Shown: positions 1 through 9,215, counted from the first letter of the stretch. The stretch: 32,000 nt of DNA from Candidatus Iainarchaeum sp. (GCA_030649345.1 JAUSKK010000042.1:1-32000); one strand, 5' to 3'. Notes: generated by a model not told the origin, from the sequence alone. Made by a program: numbers and translations.

Positions 1-375
1 TTCATTAAATTCTTTTAATTCATTCACTGGAGTCACCAAAGTCAGACCGTCATTGAGAAAAGTAAACAACAAATCTTTTTTCATTATTTTTTGATCAATC
101 ACTACCGAAAACCCGTAAATAGAAATCAATGGCAAGAAACCTTTTTTATACCCAGTTAAGTCTTCCACTTCAGTTTCCGAAGGTTCAAAAACCAAGCCAA
201 CGCGTAAAACTTTCTTTACTTTCTCTAAATCCAAAGCATCGTGAACCAAATGAATTAACAAAAACTTTTTCGTGTCTGCAAAAAAAAGCTCACATACAGC
301 TCCATCCGGATGCTTAATTAAGCGAGGCTCAATCTTTGCTTTCAATTCATTGGCTAAAATAAAATCTTCAATCAT
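1..375 (-). CDS. YbaK/ProX-type aminoacyl-tRNA trans-editing (deacylase) domain protein; partial, C-terminus runs off the left edge
   Basis: Not in the supplied ORF track because it is open to the window edge. My translation from ATG (375..373): MIEDFILANELKAKIEPRLIKHPDGAVCELFFADTKKFLLIHLVHDALDLEKVKKVLRVGLVFEPSETEVEDLTGYKKGFLPLISIYGFSVVIDQKIMKKDLLFTFLNDGLTLVTPVNELKEFNE..., 125 codons with no stop. The stretch '...LDLEKVKKVL...EVEDLTGYKKGFLPLISIYG..VVID' resembles the YbaK/EbsC '...l..lak.lg......eev..lTGy..GgvsPfG....v.iD' region. The + strand ORF 129..317 lies antisense inside it. Confidence 0.55.
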   Translation of the reverse strand, partial: MIEDFILANELKAKIEPRLIKHPDGAVCELFFADTKKFLLIHLVHDALDLEKVKKVLRVGLVFEPSETEVEDLTGYKKGFLPLISIYGFSVVIDQKIMKKDLLFTFLNDGLTLVTPVNELKEFNE

Positions 376-532
376 GGAAATCAAATCAATAACTTAAAAA
401 AGCAAATAACAATATCTTTAGTAATGAATGATGCATAACATTCTTTATACGTTATTACAGTAATTCAAGGCATCACTCATTAGTATACTTAGAAAAGAAA
501 AGGATTAAAAAACAAGGGAAAAAGGCACAAAT

Positions 533-1198
533 ATGAAAATAAAAGCCATTATTTTTGACATGGACGGAGTTTTAATTGACTCAGAACAACTGCATGTAAA
601 GTCTGGAAATACTGTTTTAGAAAAATTTGGGTTAACCCTAGATAACCAAGATGATTACAATTTCAAAGGAAGCACAGACCAAGATTTTTACACACACTTA
701 ATTCAAAAACACAAACTCAAGACAACCCATGAAGAATTAAGTAAAGAACGAAATCAAAAATATTTAGAATTAGCCAGGCAAGAATTAGGCGCATTCCCCA
801 ACATAGAAAAAGTATTGCACGAATTAAGCAAAAAATATGTTTTAGCCATAACCACTTCTGGGCCGAAGTCAACTGTAAATTTAATGTTTAAAAAATTTGG
901 ATGGAAAAAATACTTTAAAGTAGTCACAACATGTGAAGAAGTAAACTATGGAAAACCAAATCCTGAACCTTATTTGAAGACAATTGAAAAATTAAAATTA
1001 AAACCAAGCGAATGCATTGTAATAGAAGATGCATTGAAAGGAATTGAAAGCGGAAAATTAGCTGGAGCTTATGTGATTGCAGTAACGCATTCATTCCCAG
1101 AAGAACAAATTATAAAACACAAAATTAAACCAGATCAAATTGCGCACAATTTATTGGACGTGTTGGAAAAAATAAAAGAAATAGAGGAAACAAAATGA
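533..1198 (+). CDS. HAD-IA superfamily hydrolase (beta-phosphoglucomutase / sugar-phosphatase-like)
   Basis: All four HAD motifs are readable: motif I 'IIFDMDGVLIDSE', motif II 'LAITTSG', motif III Lys in 'YGKPNPEPY', motif IV 'IVIEDALKGIESGKLAG'. ATG start. The TGA stop overlaps the next gene's ATG (ATGA at 1195..1198). Confidence 0.9.
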   Translation: MKIKAIIFDMDGVLIDSEQLHVKSGNTVLEKFGLTLDNQDDYNFKGSTDQDFYTHLIQKHKLKTTHEELSKERNQKYLELARQELGAFPNIEKVLHELSKKYVLAITTSGPKSTVNLMFKKFGWKKYFKVVTTCEEVNYGKPNPEPYLKTIEKLKLKPSECIVIEDALKGIESGKLAGAYVIAVTHSFPEEQIIKHKIKPDQIAHNLLDVLEKIKEIEETK

Positions 1199-1911
1199 AA
1201 CTACCTAGATTTTTGCAAATAAAAAGAAAGTATGCAAAACCAGAAATTAAAACACACACACCAGAGCCTATTGGAAACAAGGTAGCTCGCAGCCCATCTG
1301 GAAAAGGAACCTATCGCACACGTTTTCAGATTGGTAAAAAAAAACACACTTGGTTTATGCGCAACATTTTAAGCCAAGAACAACTTGAAATGATTCAAAA
1401 ATTAAGAAAGTTAGGCGTAAATGCAGAAAAACCAGTATTCGAAAAAACAATTGGAGGCAATATTACTGTGTTTTATGAACACGGAGAAACATTGCACACA
1501 GTGTTAAAAAAATTAGTTGACAAAAAGAAAAAAACACAATGGAAAATAGTGAAAAAACTAGCATTAAGACAGTTAGCAAAAGAGTTAGCTAAAATGCACT
1601 GTGAAGGAATAGAGCATGGACACCCACACTCGCACAATTTAACTTGGAAAAGATTTCGAATAGGATTGATTGATTTCAGTAAAGCCATTCAAAGACAAAT
1701 TAACTGGAGCGATGCAAACAGCACATATTCTTCATTTCGAGATGACTACCATTATTTAGGCTCACGCGTATTAAAATTTGAATTTGGAATGAAACTAAAA
1801 GAAGTAAGGGAATTTTTTCAAAAAGTAGTAAACAATTACCCTTGCACAGAACAAGTAAAGCAAAAAATACTTGAACAAATTACAGAAGATTTTCAAAGAG
1901 CCAAATATTAG
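1195..1911 (+). CDS. Hypothetical protein with remnants of a small protein-kinase-like fold (Bud32/RIO/Kdo-kinase type); probably catalytically degenerate
   Basis: The 238-aa ORF is translationally coupled to the HAD gene. 'MHCEGIEHGHPHSHNLTW' aligns by eye to the kinase catalytic loop 'lH..GivHGDl...Nil', with the catalytic Asp replaced by His. 'IGLIDFSKA' aligns to the DFG segment. The Gly-rich 'SPSGKGTYRT' and Lys-rich 'IGKKKH' sit N-terminal. This is a weak by-eye assignment. Confidence 0.4.
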   Translation: MKLPRFLQIKRKYAKPEIKTHTPEPIGNKVARSPSGKGTYRTRFQIGKKKHTWFMRNILSQEQLEMIQKLRKLGVNAEKPVFEKTIGGNITVFYEHGETLHTVLKKLVDKKKKTQWKIVKKLALRQLAKELAKMHCEGIEHGHPHSHNLTWKRFRIGLIDFSKAIQRQINWSDANSTYSSFRDDYHYLGSRVLKFEFGMKLKEVREFFQKVVNNYPCTEQVKQKILEQITEDFQRAKY

Positions 1912-1947
1912 ATAAAAAAAATAAAAAAGGGATTGATTAATTCAATC
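1912..1947 (-). terminator. Hairpin plus U-tract between the convergent kinase-like gene and metK
   Basis: ggattga-ttaat-tcaatcc (1929..1947) forms a 7-bp perfect stem with a 5-nt loop. It overlaps the last metK codons. On the minus strand it is followed by ttttttattttttttat (complement of 1912..1928). An oligo-T run would also suit archaeal termination. Confidence 0.4.
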
Positions 1948-3142
1948 CGCATTCTTTTCGTAATACTTGAATTTTGTCTGTATTTTCCCAAGTAAAGTCT
2001 GGATCGTTTCTTCCAAAATGACCATAGGCGGCAGTTTTCAAATAAATTGGTCGTTTGAGATTTAATTGGTCAACAATTTGTTTGGGCCGAAAATCAAATA
2101 CTTTTTGAACAACTTCCACAATTTTTTCTTCAGAAACTTTATTTGTGCCAAATGTGTTTACTAAAATACTGACTGGTTTTGCAACACCAATCGCATAAGC
2201 AACCTGAACTTCACATTTATCGGCTAAACCTGCAGCCACAATATTTTTAGCCGCATAACGAGCGTAATAGGCTCCACTGCGATCCACTTTAGTAATACAT
2301 TTTCCAGAAAATGCGCCGCCGCCGTGTGCACCAACTCCACCATACGTGTCCACAATAATTTTTCTTCCAGTTAAACCAGCATCCGCTGGAGGACCGCCAA
2401 TTACAAAACGGCCGGTAGAATTAATGAAATATTTGGTTTGATCATCAATCCATTGACCGCAAATCGGCAAAATTACTTTTTCTTTAATATCTGCACGCAA
2501 TTGTTCCAAATCAATATCTGCAGAATGATGTGCTGCAATTACTACAGTATCAATTCGCACAACTTTTTCGCCATCGTATTCAATGGTTACTTGAGATTTC
2601 CCATCTGGGCGCAAATATGGCAAAATTTTTTTCTTGCGTACTTCACTTAATTTTTGGGTTAACTTGTGAGCCAAAGTAATCGGCAAAGGCATAAATTCCG
2701 GAGTTTCATTGGTGGCATACCCAAACATTAAACCTTGATCTCCTGCACCTTGTTCTTTAAATTCACCGCGGCCTTCTTCGACTCCTTGTGCAATGTCCTC
2801 AGATTGTTCATGCAAAGTCACAATGACTCCTACATCATCCGCACAAAAACCATATTCTTGTTTATCGTAACCAATTTTTCGCAAAACAGTTCGCACAGTA
2901 TCCTGAATATTTACATACGCTTTGGTCTTGGCTTCTCCGCCCACCAACACTAAACCAGTAGTACAAAAACATTCAATGCCAGCGTGTGCATCAGGATCTT
3001 GCTTTAACATTTCATCGTAAATTCCATCTGAAATTTGGTCACAAACTTTATCCGGATGTCCTTCAGTTACAGACTCGGATGTAAAAAAATGTTTTCCACT
3101 TACATGATACTTCAAAAAAATCCCTCCAATAATCATACCCAT
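1937..3142 (-). CDS. metK: S-adenosylmethionine synthetase (methionine adenosyltransferase), bacterial/eukaryotic MetK type
   Basis: Hallmark motifs are present: '[20 protein letters not shown]', '[12 protein letters not shown]', '[21 protein letters not shown]', 'GGGAFSGK'. The track start at 3151 is a TTG. The first ATGs are at 3142 and 3136; I chose 3142. This leaves roughly 17 residues N-terminal of the conserved 'KHFFTSES'. Confidence 0.95.
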   Translation of the reverse strand: MGMIIGGIFLKYHVSGKHFFTSESVTEGHPDKVCDQISDGIYDEMLKQDPDAHAGIECFCTTGLVLVGGEAKTKAYVNIQDTVRTVLRKIGYDKQEYGFCADDVGVIVTLHEQSEDIAQGVEEGRGEFKEQGAGDQGLMFGYATNETPEFMPLPITLAHKLTQKLSEVRKKKILPYLRPDGKSQVTIEYDGEKVVRIDTVVIAAHHSADIDLEQLRADIKEKVILPICGQWIDDQTKYFINSTGRFVIGGPPADAGLTGRKIIVDTYGGVGAHGGGAFSGKCITKVDRSGAYYARYAAKNIVAAGLADKCEVQVAYAIGVAKPVSILVNTFGTNKVSEEKIVEVVQKVFDFRPKQIVDQLNLKRPIYLKTAAYGHFGRNDPDFTWENTDKIQVLRKECGLN

Positions 3143-3277
3143 TGGATACAATACGTCCCTTTAAATAAATTTAAAGGATATAAAAAAATTACGTTCACAA
3201 TATTTAAAAACAAACTGGTACATAAAGTGTAATAATTTAAGAATAAATTATTCAAATAAGAATATGGAACAAACACT

Positions 3278-3835
3278 ATGCAATTACCTGAATTAACTGA
3301 AATTAAACGAAGAAGAAAAGAACTAGAATTGTCTCAAACTGAACTGGCTAAAATGGCTAATATTAGTCAGCCTTTGCTGGCCAAAATTGAAAGCAACCAA
3401 GTCCAACCGGCTTATGATAAAGCCAAACGAATATTCTTGGCTTTGGAAAGCATTCAAACAAGCCAAGGACTTACAGCAAAACAGATCATGAGCAAGCACA
3501 TTTTTGCAGTTAGTCCCAAAGATCCAGTGAAAAAAGCCATTCAATTAATGGAAAAACAAGCAGTATCTCAGATACCTGTGCTGGGAAACGGCAAATCAGT
3601 AGGGTTAATCAGCGAAAAGGCCATTTTAAGCGCAATAAATTCAGGAAAAATCATAGATTTAGGAAAAAGCAAAATAGACGAACTCATGGAAGAAGGATTA
3701 CCTGTAATTGCAGAGGAAACGCCATTGCATTTGATCTACGGATTATTAGAACACCAACAAGCAGTCTTAATAGCAACCAAAGGAAAAATCAGCGGAATTA
3801 TTACTAAATCGGACTTACTAAAAACAGTTTTATAA
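3278..3835 (+). CDS. Transcriptional regulator: XRE-type helix-turn-helix fused to a CBS-domain pair
   Basis: The N-terminus 'LELSQTELAKMANISQPLLAKIESNQVQP' is a classic XRE HTH. The C-terminus has two CBS-like units ('IMSKHIFAVSPKDPVKKAIQLMEKQAVSQIPVL', 'MEEGLPVIAEETPLHLIYGLLEHQQAVLIATKGKISGIITKSDLLK'). From memory, this fusion architecture is predominantly archaeal (COG3620-like). Confidence 0.8.
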   Translation: MQLPELTEIKRRRKELELSQTELAKMANISQPLLAKIESNQVQPAYDKAKRIFLALESIQTSQGLTAKQIMSKHIFAVSPKDPVKKAIQLMEKQAVSQIPVLGNGKSVGLISEKAILSAINSGKIIDLGKSKIDELMEEGLPVIAEETPLHLIYGLLEHQQAVLIATKGKISGIITKSDLLKTVL

Positions 3836-4126
3836 TAAAAGAAAAATTAAATTAAAATTTAAATTTTAAAAAGTTTTGTCCAAGAAATTGAAACCCTATT
3901 TATTGGACAAACCGCAGAGAAATAATGGAAAGAAAAAAAAGAATGAAAATTGGAATATTAAATTCCAAAAACGGTTAAACCAATTGAAACGATAATTAAT
4001 AAAATTCCGATTCCGACAAAAAAATAATTGCATCGCATAAAAATCACACAAACAAAATTTAATTTATAAAAATCAATTTCAAAGAACTAAATCAAAAATA
4101 AAAATAAAATAAAGGAATAAGGAATT

Positions 4127-7100
4127 TTATTTCCTCATCCAGACTTGTTCGTTTTCAATGCTTCGAGCTGGTTTGAATGCTAAGAATACAATCAATACAG
4201 CTACAATGATTAACAGACCTAAAGGCACAGATTGCCCTAAGCCAACCAATCCTGACAAGATTTGTTCTCCAGTCATGGAAGTTACTGGTTTAGGCGCTGG
4301 TGCTGCAGCAGCAGGTTGTTTGATTTCTAAATCAATTGTTTCTTTGCGTTCTAAGTCTCCAACGCGAACCACTAATTTAGGTTCGTAAGTTCCAGATTCT
4401 ACTGTTGGCGCAATGGATAATTTTTGCACTACAGTAATGCTTTCTCCTGGGCTTAAAGTAAACATTCGAGTTGGGAATGTAACTCCTTCAGGCAATCGTT
4501 CCATAGTCAAAACAATGTTTTCCAATACTTGATTGGAACTATTTACAATGGTTACAGAAACCAATTGAGAGGCGTTCTTTTCAGCTGTTACTTTAATTGG
4601 ATAATTGGTTAAATCTAAATTTCCTTCAAAACCTTGAACTACATTAAATAATAAAGCCAAGTTTTGAACTGGTTGTCCTTCGACAACTACAGGCAAACTA
4701 TAATTTTGCAAGTCAGCATTTTCAGCTGCAGTTACAGTTACTCGAATTCTTCGTTCTTCGCGAGGCAATAAAGTTACAGTTGACACTGCACTGCTAACCA
4801 AAATTCCTTCGGGTTGAGTTGGAGTTCGAATTCTGAATGTTTGTTCTGAATCCCCTGTGTTTCTCAACAAAATTTCAAATTCTCTTTGGCTTCCGCGAAC
4901 TAAAGTTACATCATTGTCAATTAATTCTGCATTACCGTAAGCCATGCCTAAAACATTGGCACATTTTACAACTGGTTCAGCTGTAAATCCAGTAGACCAA
5001 GAATACAATTGAATATCATAATTTCCAGTTTCATCTTCAATAACTGGGTGTACATCCAAGTAAACTGTTTTCTTTTCTTTAGGCTCCAAAGTAACTTCAC
5101 TAACTATGTTGCTTTGAATGTCTGAATAGGATTGCAATGAAATGGTTTGGATTTCATTCAGTAAATTTTCTATACTAAATTCCAATGGAGTGTTTCTTTC
5201 TTTTCGTGCATCTTTACAAACTCCATTGAAGTCCATTGAACTAACTGTAAAAGTTGGAATACTTTCTGTATTTCCAGCAACTACATTAAAGAAAACTGTT
5301 CTTTGAGTAACTTCATTTCCGTTAATAGCTGTTAAAATAAAATCATAACTTCCAACTGGAACATTGGATGGAATGTACATGCGTACATCAATGTTTTTGG
5401 TTTGACCTGCTCTAATTTCCAATTCAGGTTCTACAACTACTGGTAAAAACATTGGACTACTGGCTCTTAATTTAATCATTTTTGCAGTACTTCCAGTGTT
5501 TCGTACAATGACACTAATTGTATCAAACTTTCCTGCAGTGACTGTTCCAGTTACACTGTCTAATTGAATTACATTATGCAATCCAACAATCACAGTTGTA
5601 CTGGCATTGTCTTGAGTAAAAGTTCCATTGTCTAAGACTGCAATTAAATTTAAATCAAATTGCACAGCTGGAGAATTTAAAGTTGTAATAGTTACTCCAG
5701 TGGTTAATGTTTGATTGGATTCTAAACAAATTCTTCCTTGTTCAGCTTGAGCTCTAACATAAGGATCTCCGCCGACTACAGCACGTAAAGTAAAACATTG
5801 TCTTCCTGAACTAATGTTTTTCAATTCAAATACAGCTGTAGCTGTGTCTGTAGTTTCCATAACCAAAGGCATTACTTTGGGCGTAATGGAAATGTACTTG
5901 AATCTTTTTCCGGATTCTTGTCGAACTAAGTTAGACACTGCACTTTCATTGCCTGCTTGGTCTACAGCAGTTACAACATAAAAGTACACATTGTCTAATT
6001 GTACATTAACATCATCCACAATAGTTGCGATATTAGTTGTTGTATTAATTGCACTATTGGCATCCACTTCAGCCAAGAAATATTGTGAATAATTTCTAGC
6101 ATCCATGGTTTGGAATGCTCGATAGATTCTGAATTTTCCAATTCCGCTTAAATCATCGGTTGGCACAGTGAATTGTAATTGAATATCATTGTTGGAATCT
6201 AAAGTGCTTCTTAAATCATTAATGTTTCTTGGTCGAACAGTGTCTACTGTAAAAGTCCAAGCTAAGTTTTGGTCATTGCCTGCAGTATCTCGAGCAAAGG
6301 CTTGAACTTGAACTACTGCACCGTGAGGCCAAGTATTTCGAATTAATTTTAATACTCCGTTTGTAAAGTCAATTCTGGAATTTCCAATTGGGAAATTAGT
6401 TCCATTGATTACTATTCGCAAAGAATTATTCACTAAACCAGACAAAGTGTCTGTCACATTTACTGAAATATTAGAATCTATTTTATTTGTGAATGAATTG
6501 TTAACAGGCAATTCATTGGATAATACTGGTTTACTTTTATCTAAATAAACTTTAGCATTAATGTCAGTTTGATTTCCTGCACGATCAATTGCCCGCACTA
6601 AGATTGTGTTTTCTCCTTCGGTTTTTACTTCAACCAAAGCTTGAGCTAAGTTTGTGCTGGAAACAAATCCTGAATTATTTAAATTGTATTGTAAAGTTGC
6701 AATTCCTGCAGTTGCATCACTGGCAGAAAAGACTGCATTGAAGTCAAAATTTCTCCAAGCATTCAAATCCATAATTCCATTGACTGGAGTAATGATTGTA
6801 AAGTTTACAACTGGTCTTGTATTGTCAATAATAAAACTGGAATCACTGACATCTACAGGTGATGTATATTCAATTCTTTGCCCTAAATTATTGTATTTAA
6901 TTCCACGTAAAGAAATTTGAACAATATAATTTCCGTCTACAATAGTTTGAGTATTGAAATCAAAACTACATCTTCGACTAATGAAAAAGTCGCCTGCTCC
7001 ATTACAGGTTTGAGCATTTAAGTCATAATTGTCCACTAAAGTTGTAAAAACAACAGTGCCTGTTCTTCTCAATTGAATGAATGCATTTAAGTCAGCTAAA

Positions 7101-8491
7101 CCATTGGTGTTAGCGTCAAATAAAATTTGACTATTGCCTTTAATGTATTGATTTCCGTTCGGTTGAATGACTTGAACTGCCCCAACAATAGTTGAAACTG
7201 TTCTGAATGACATACTTCCAATTGCATTGTTGTCTGCTGTATCTCTAGCTGTTACAGTTATTGTGTAAGCTTGATTTGGAACCAATAAAGATTCAGCGTA
7301 CGAACAAGTAATGCTGTTAGCTGGACCACTACAGACGCTTCCTCGGTTATCATTAAATGATCGGCTAGCGATCCCATTAATTTTTACACTTAAACTATTC
7401 AATACAATTGGAGAACCTGTAGTTGCTCCGTTAACTTTGAAAACAATTCTGGCAGTATTTTCCATGACTCCAGTTTCAGTTGGATTCAAGAAAGTGACAG
7501 CTGGAATAGTTGTATCCAAGTTAACTGTAATTAGTTGAACTGCTTCTTGGTGACCTAATTGGTCTACTGAATAAAATGTAATTCTGTGAGTTCCATTTTC
7601 TGCAATGGAAATATTTACATTTCCGTCTCCGGTCATGTACTCAACTGTTTCTGGATTAGAGTCAACAGTGTAATGCATTTGTCCGCACCCAATTCCTAAA
7701 TCATCACAAGTCAAGATAACTGTGAATGGTCTGTTTTGCCAAACTGTGGCTGGATTGAATTCTGAACTATAGGTAACTGTAGTGGTTGGGGCTAATCTGT
7801 CAATACTAAATGAAATTTGTGAAACAGTTACATTGTCTGCTCGATCAATAATATTTACATCTACAGAATGATTTCCATCTGCCAATCCTGCTGTTGAAAA
7901 AGAATTTCCTGCAAAATTATTCCAAGCACCAGTTCCATCAAATCTATATTGTTGAATTGCTGTTCCTGAAACCAATGAATCAATAGTTGCAGTGATAACA
8001 GGATATCCTAAGTACCATCCGTCTTCGAATAAAACTGCTCCAGGAGTGACTACTAAAGTAATGGTCGGAACTGTGTTATCAATTACAAAAGTTCCAGCAC
8101 GAATATACAAAGCACTGGCATTTCCTTCATTATCAGTTACTGTTAATCCAACAGAATAAGTTCCGTCTGGAATCAGAACAGTATTAACTGGCAAAGTACA
8201 AGTATGAGGACTTACATTGATGTCACACAATGTTAGCAAATCAATATTGGGACTAATAACAACAATTTCGCCGGTTGAATTTCTTAAAAATAAATTTCCA
8301 TCTACACGAGCATGAGCTGGACTATTGGCATCGTCCCAAGTAAAGTTAAAATCAATATTTCCTTTCAAAAAAGTTCCATTCACAGGTGCTGTAACAGCCA
8401 CACCGGTTGGAGTGACAGCGAATGCAGTAACTGAAATCAAAAGAATTGCTAAAACAATGCTGAAAATTCCAATTATTTTGTGTCCATTCAT
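4127..8491 (-). CDS. Giant cell-surface (S-layer-like) protein: signal peptide, tandem Ig-like/FN3/CARDB-NEW3-like beta-sandwich domains, Pro/Ala stalk, C-terminal TM anchor
   Basis: - Signal peptide: 'MNGHKIIGIFSIVLAILLISVTAFA'.
- Recurring domain-boundary motif D-x-T/R-x-P ('VIDNTVPT','SIDRLAPTT','NLDTTIPAV','IIDNTRPVV','YLDKSKPVL','TVDTVRPRN').
- One canonical FN3 ('FRIYRAF...YFYVVTAVDQAGNESAVSN').
- Multiple 'x-N-x-G/S...' sandwich repeats ('FELKNISSGRQC','VIVRNTGSTAKM','ILLRNTGDSEQT','VTIVNSSNQVLE').
- 'QPAAAAPAPKP' stalk, hydrophobic 'LGLLIIVAVLIVFLAF' (about 4175..4249), then a basic tail 'KPARSIENEQVWMRK'.
- Many N-x-S/T sequons (NGT, NFT and NST within the first ~75 residues).
- The ATG directly abuts the upstream TAA. 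Confidence 0.75.
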   Translation of the reverse strand: MNGHKIIGIFSIVLAILLISVTAFAVTPTGVAVTAPVNGTFLKGNIDFNFTWDDANSPAHARVDGNLFLRNSTGEIVVISPNIDLLTLCDINVSPHTCTLPVNTVLIPDGTYSVGLTVTDNEGNASALYIRAGTFVIDNTVPTITLVVTPGAVLFEDGWYLGYPVITATIDSLVSGTAIQQYRFDGTGAWNNFAGNSFSTAGLADGNHSVDVNIIDRADNVTVSQISFSIDRLAPTTTVTYSSEFNPATVWQNRPFTVILTCDDLGIGCGQMHYTVDSNPETVEYMTGDGNVNISIAENGTHRITFYSVDQLGHQEAVQLITVNLDTTIPAVTFLNPTETGVMENTARIVFKVNGATTGSPIVLNSLSVKINGIASRSFNDNRGSVCSGPANSITCSYAESLLVPNQAYTITVTARDTADNNAIGSMSFRTVSTIVGAVQVIQPNGNQYIKGNSQILFDANTNGLADLNAFIQLRRTGTVVFTTLVDNYDLNAQTCNGAGDFFISRRCSFDFNTQTIVDGNYIVQISLRGIKYNNLGQRIEYTSPVDVSDSSFIIDNTRPVVNFTIITPVNGIMDLNAWRNFDFNAVFSASDATAGIATLQYNLNNSGFVSSTNLAQALVEVKTEGENTILVRAIDRAGNQTDINAKVYLDKSKPVLSNELPVNNSFTNKIDSNISVNVTDTLSGLVNNSLRIVINGTNFPIGNSRIDFTNGVLKLIRNTWPHGAVVQVQAFARDTAGNDQNLAWTFTVDTVRPRNINDLRSTLDSNNDIQLQFTVPTDDLSGIGKFRIYRAFQTMDARNYSQYFLAEVDANSAINTTTNIATIVDDVNVQLDNVYFYVVTAVDQAGNESAVSNLVRQESGKRFKYISITPKVMPLVMETTDTATAVFELKNISSGRQCFTLRAVVGGDPYVRAQAEQGRICLESNQTLTTGVTITTLNSPAVQFDLNLIAVLDNGTFTQDNASTTVIVGLHNVIQLDSVTGTVTAGKFDTISVIVRNTGSTAKMIKLRASSPMFLPVVVEPELEIRAGQTKNIDVRMYIPSNVPVGSYDFILTAINGNEVTQRTVFFNVVAGNTESIPTFTVSSMDFNGVCKDARKERNTPLEFSIENLLNEIQTISLQSYSDIQSNIVSEVTLEPKEKKTVYLDVHPVIEDETGNYDIQLYSWSTGFTAEPVVKCANVLGMAYGNAELIDNDVTLVRGSQREFEILLRNTGDSEQTFRIRTPTQPEGILVSSAVSTVTLLPREERRIRVTVTAAENADLQNYSLPVVVEGQPVQNLALLFNVVQGFEGNLDLTNYPIKVTAEKNASQLVSVTIVNSSNQVLENIVLTMERLPEGVTFPTRMFTLSPGESITVVQKLSIAPTVESGTYEPKLVVRVGDLERKETIDLEIKQPAAAAPAPKPVTSMTGEQILSGLVGLGQSVPLGLLIIVAVLIVFLAFKPARSIENEQVWMRK

Positions 8492-9049
8492 TTATTTTTC
8501 AACCCCAGTATTCTTGATTTTTCGAATTCCTAAAATTAAGGTTCCGACTAAAATAATTCCAACTACAAACAAAATAATGTTAAAAGTTGTTTCCACAGAT
8601 GTTCCTTGCAAAGAAACAAATCCAGTAGATCCTGCATTTTCGTCTTCTTGAACAAGATTATCGTTTAAATCAGTAATTTGAGTTACAGGTTCTGGCAAAA
8701 AATTTAATCGAATTTGTTTTCGTACAACTTCAGAACCAATTGTAACTTCAAGTGTGCTGATATACGAGTTGTTTAACAAAAGTGAACTTGGAGTTAATCT
8801 TACTTTAAGCGTAATCTGTTCTTCAGATTCTAATGTTTCAATATTAGTTAAAACTTTTGAATCCAATCCAGCTGGGCCGATAAATTTTACAAATAAAGGC
8901 TGTTCTTCCGTGCTTTCATTTTTTACATCAAATTCCAAAACTTTTGGATCTAAGCCGCGGAAAGTAATACTGGTATCAGCAGATTGAGCTAAAGCAAAGC
9001 TAGAAAATAAAACCAATAAAATGGCTAAAGCCATAAATTTAATATCCAT
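8492..9049 (-). CDS. Small surface protein: signal peptide, single CARDB/NEW3-like sandwich, C-terminal TM anchor; co-transcribed partner of the S-layer-like giant
   Basis: The track start 9055 is a TTG. The ATG at 9049 gives 'MDIKFMALAILLVLFSSFALAQS'. The C-terminus 'FNIILFVVGIILVGTLILGIRKIKNTGVEK' is a TM segment plus basic tail, the same layout as the downstream giant. An SD-like GGGG lies 7 nt upstream of the ATG. The stop TAA (8492..8494) is immediately followed by the next ATG (8491). Confidence 0.7.
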   Translation of the reverse strand: MDIKFMALAILLVLFSSFALAQSADTSITFRGLDPKVLEFDVKNESTEEQPLFVKFIGPAGLDSKVLTNIETLESEEQITLKVRLTPSSLLLNNSYISTLEVTIGSEVVRKQIRLNFLPEPVTQITDLNDNLVQEDENAGSTGFVSLQGTSVETTFNIILFVVGIILVGTLILGIRKIKNTGVEK

Positions 9050-9215
9050 TTTCAAACCCCAAAAAACTCCTTTTGTAACTTGTTAACATTAACTCGTATA
9101 CAATTATAGTATTGGGGGATATATAAAAACCTATCTATATCCAGTGACAAAGGGAACATTTAAAAATTTGCTTTAAAATAAGTTATTTTGTCTTTTTTAG
9201 ATGTTTTATGCTCTT

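Noticed and set aside
129-317. 62-aa + strand ORF from the track
   Set aside because: It lies entirely antisense within a longer, edge-truncated minus-strand ORF (1..375) that has a recognisable YbaK-like sequence. Its own product is low-complexity with no family resemblance.
1196-1198. Stop-codon reassignment (TGA as a sense codon, as in some CPR lineages)
   Set aside because: TGA cleanly terminates the HAD gene (1196..1198) and the coiled-coil gene (31659..31661) at family-appropriate lengths. TAG terminates the kinase-like ORF and TAA terminates most others. The giant ORFs need no read-through.
3958-4038. 26-aa hydrophobic micro-ORF on the minus strand (MRCNYFFVGIGILLIIVSIGLTVFGI), with a nearby 8-bp inverted repeat TTGTCCAA-n19-TTGGACAA (3876..3910)
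   Set aside because: The peptide looks like a single TM helix and sits just downstream of the S-layer-like gene. In AT-rich spacer DNA, however, hydrophobic short ORFs arise easily, another frame gives an equally long ORF, and there are no start signals. The hairpin has a long loop and no following T-tract. It is recorded only as a possibility.
4127-8491. Treating the 1454-aa protein as a fourth member of the hydrolase-giant family
   Set aside because: It lacks any SLT, M23 or amidase motif, lacks the '(R)C...C' FN3 variant and the single-copy C-x5-C motif, and unlike A, B and C it ends in a TM anchor. It shares only generic beta-sandwich repeats.
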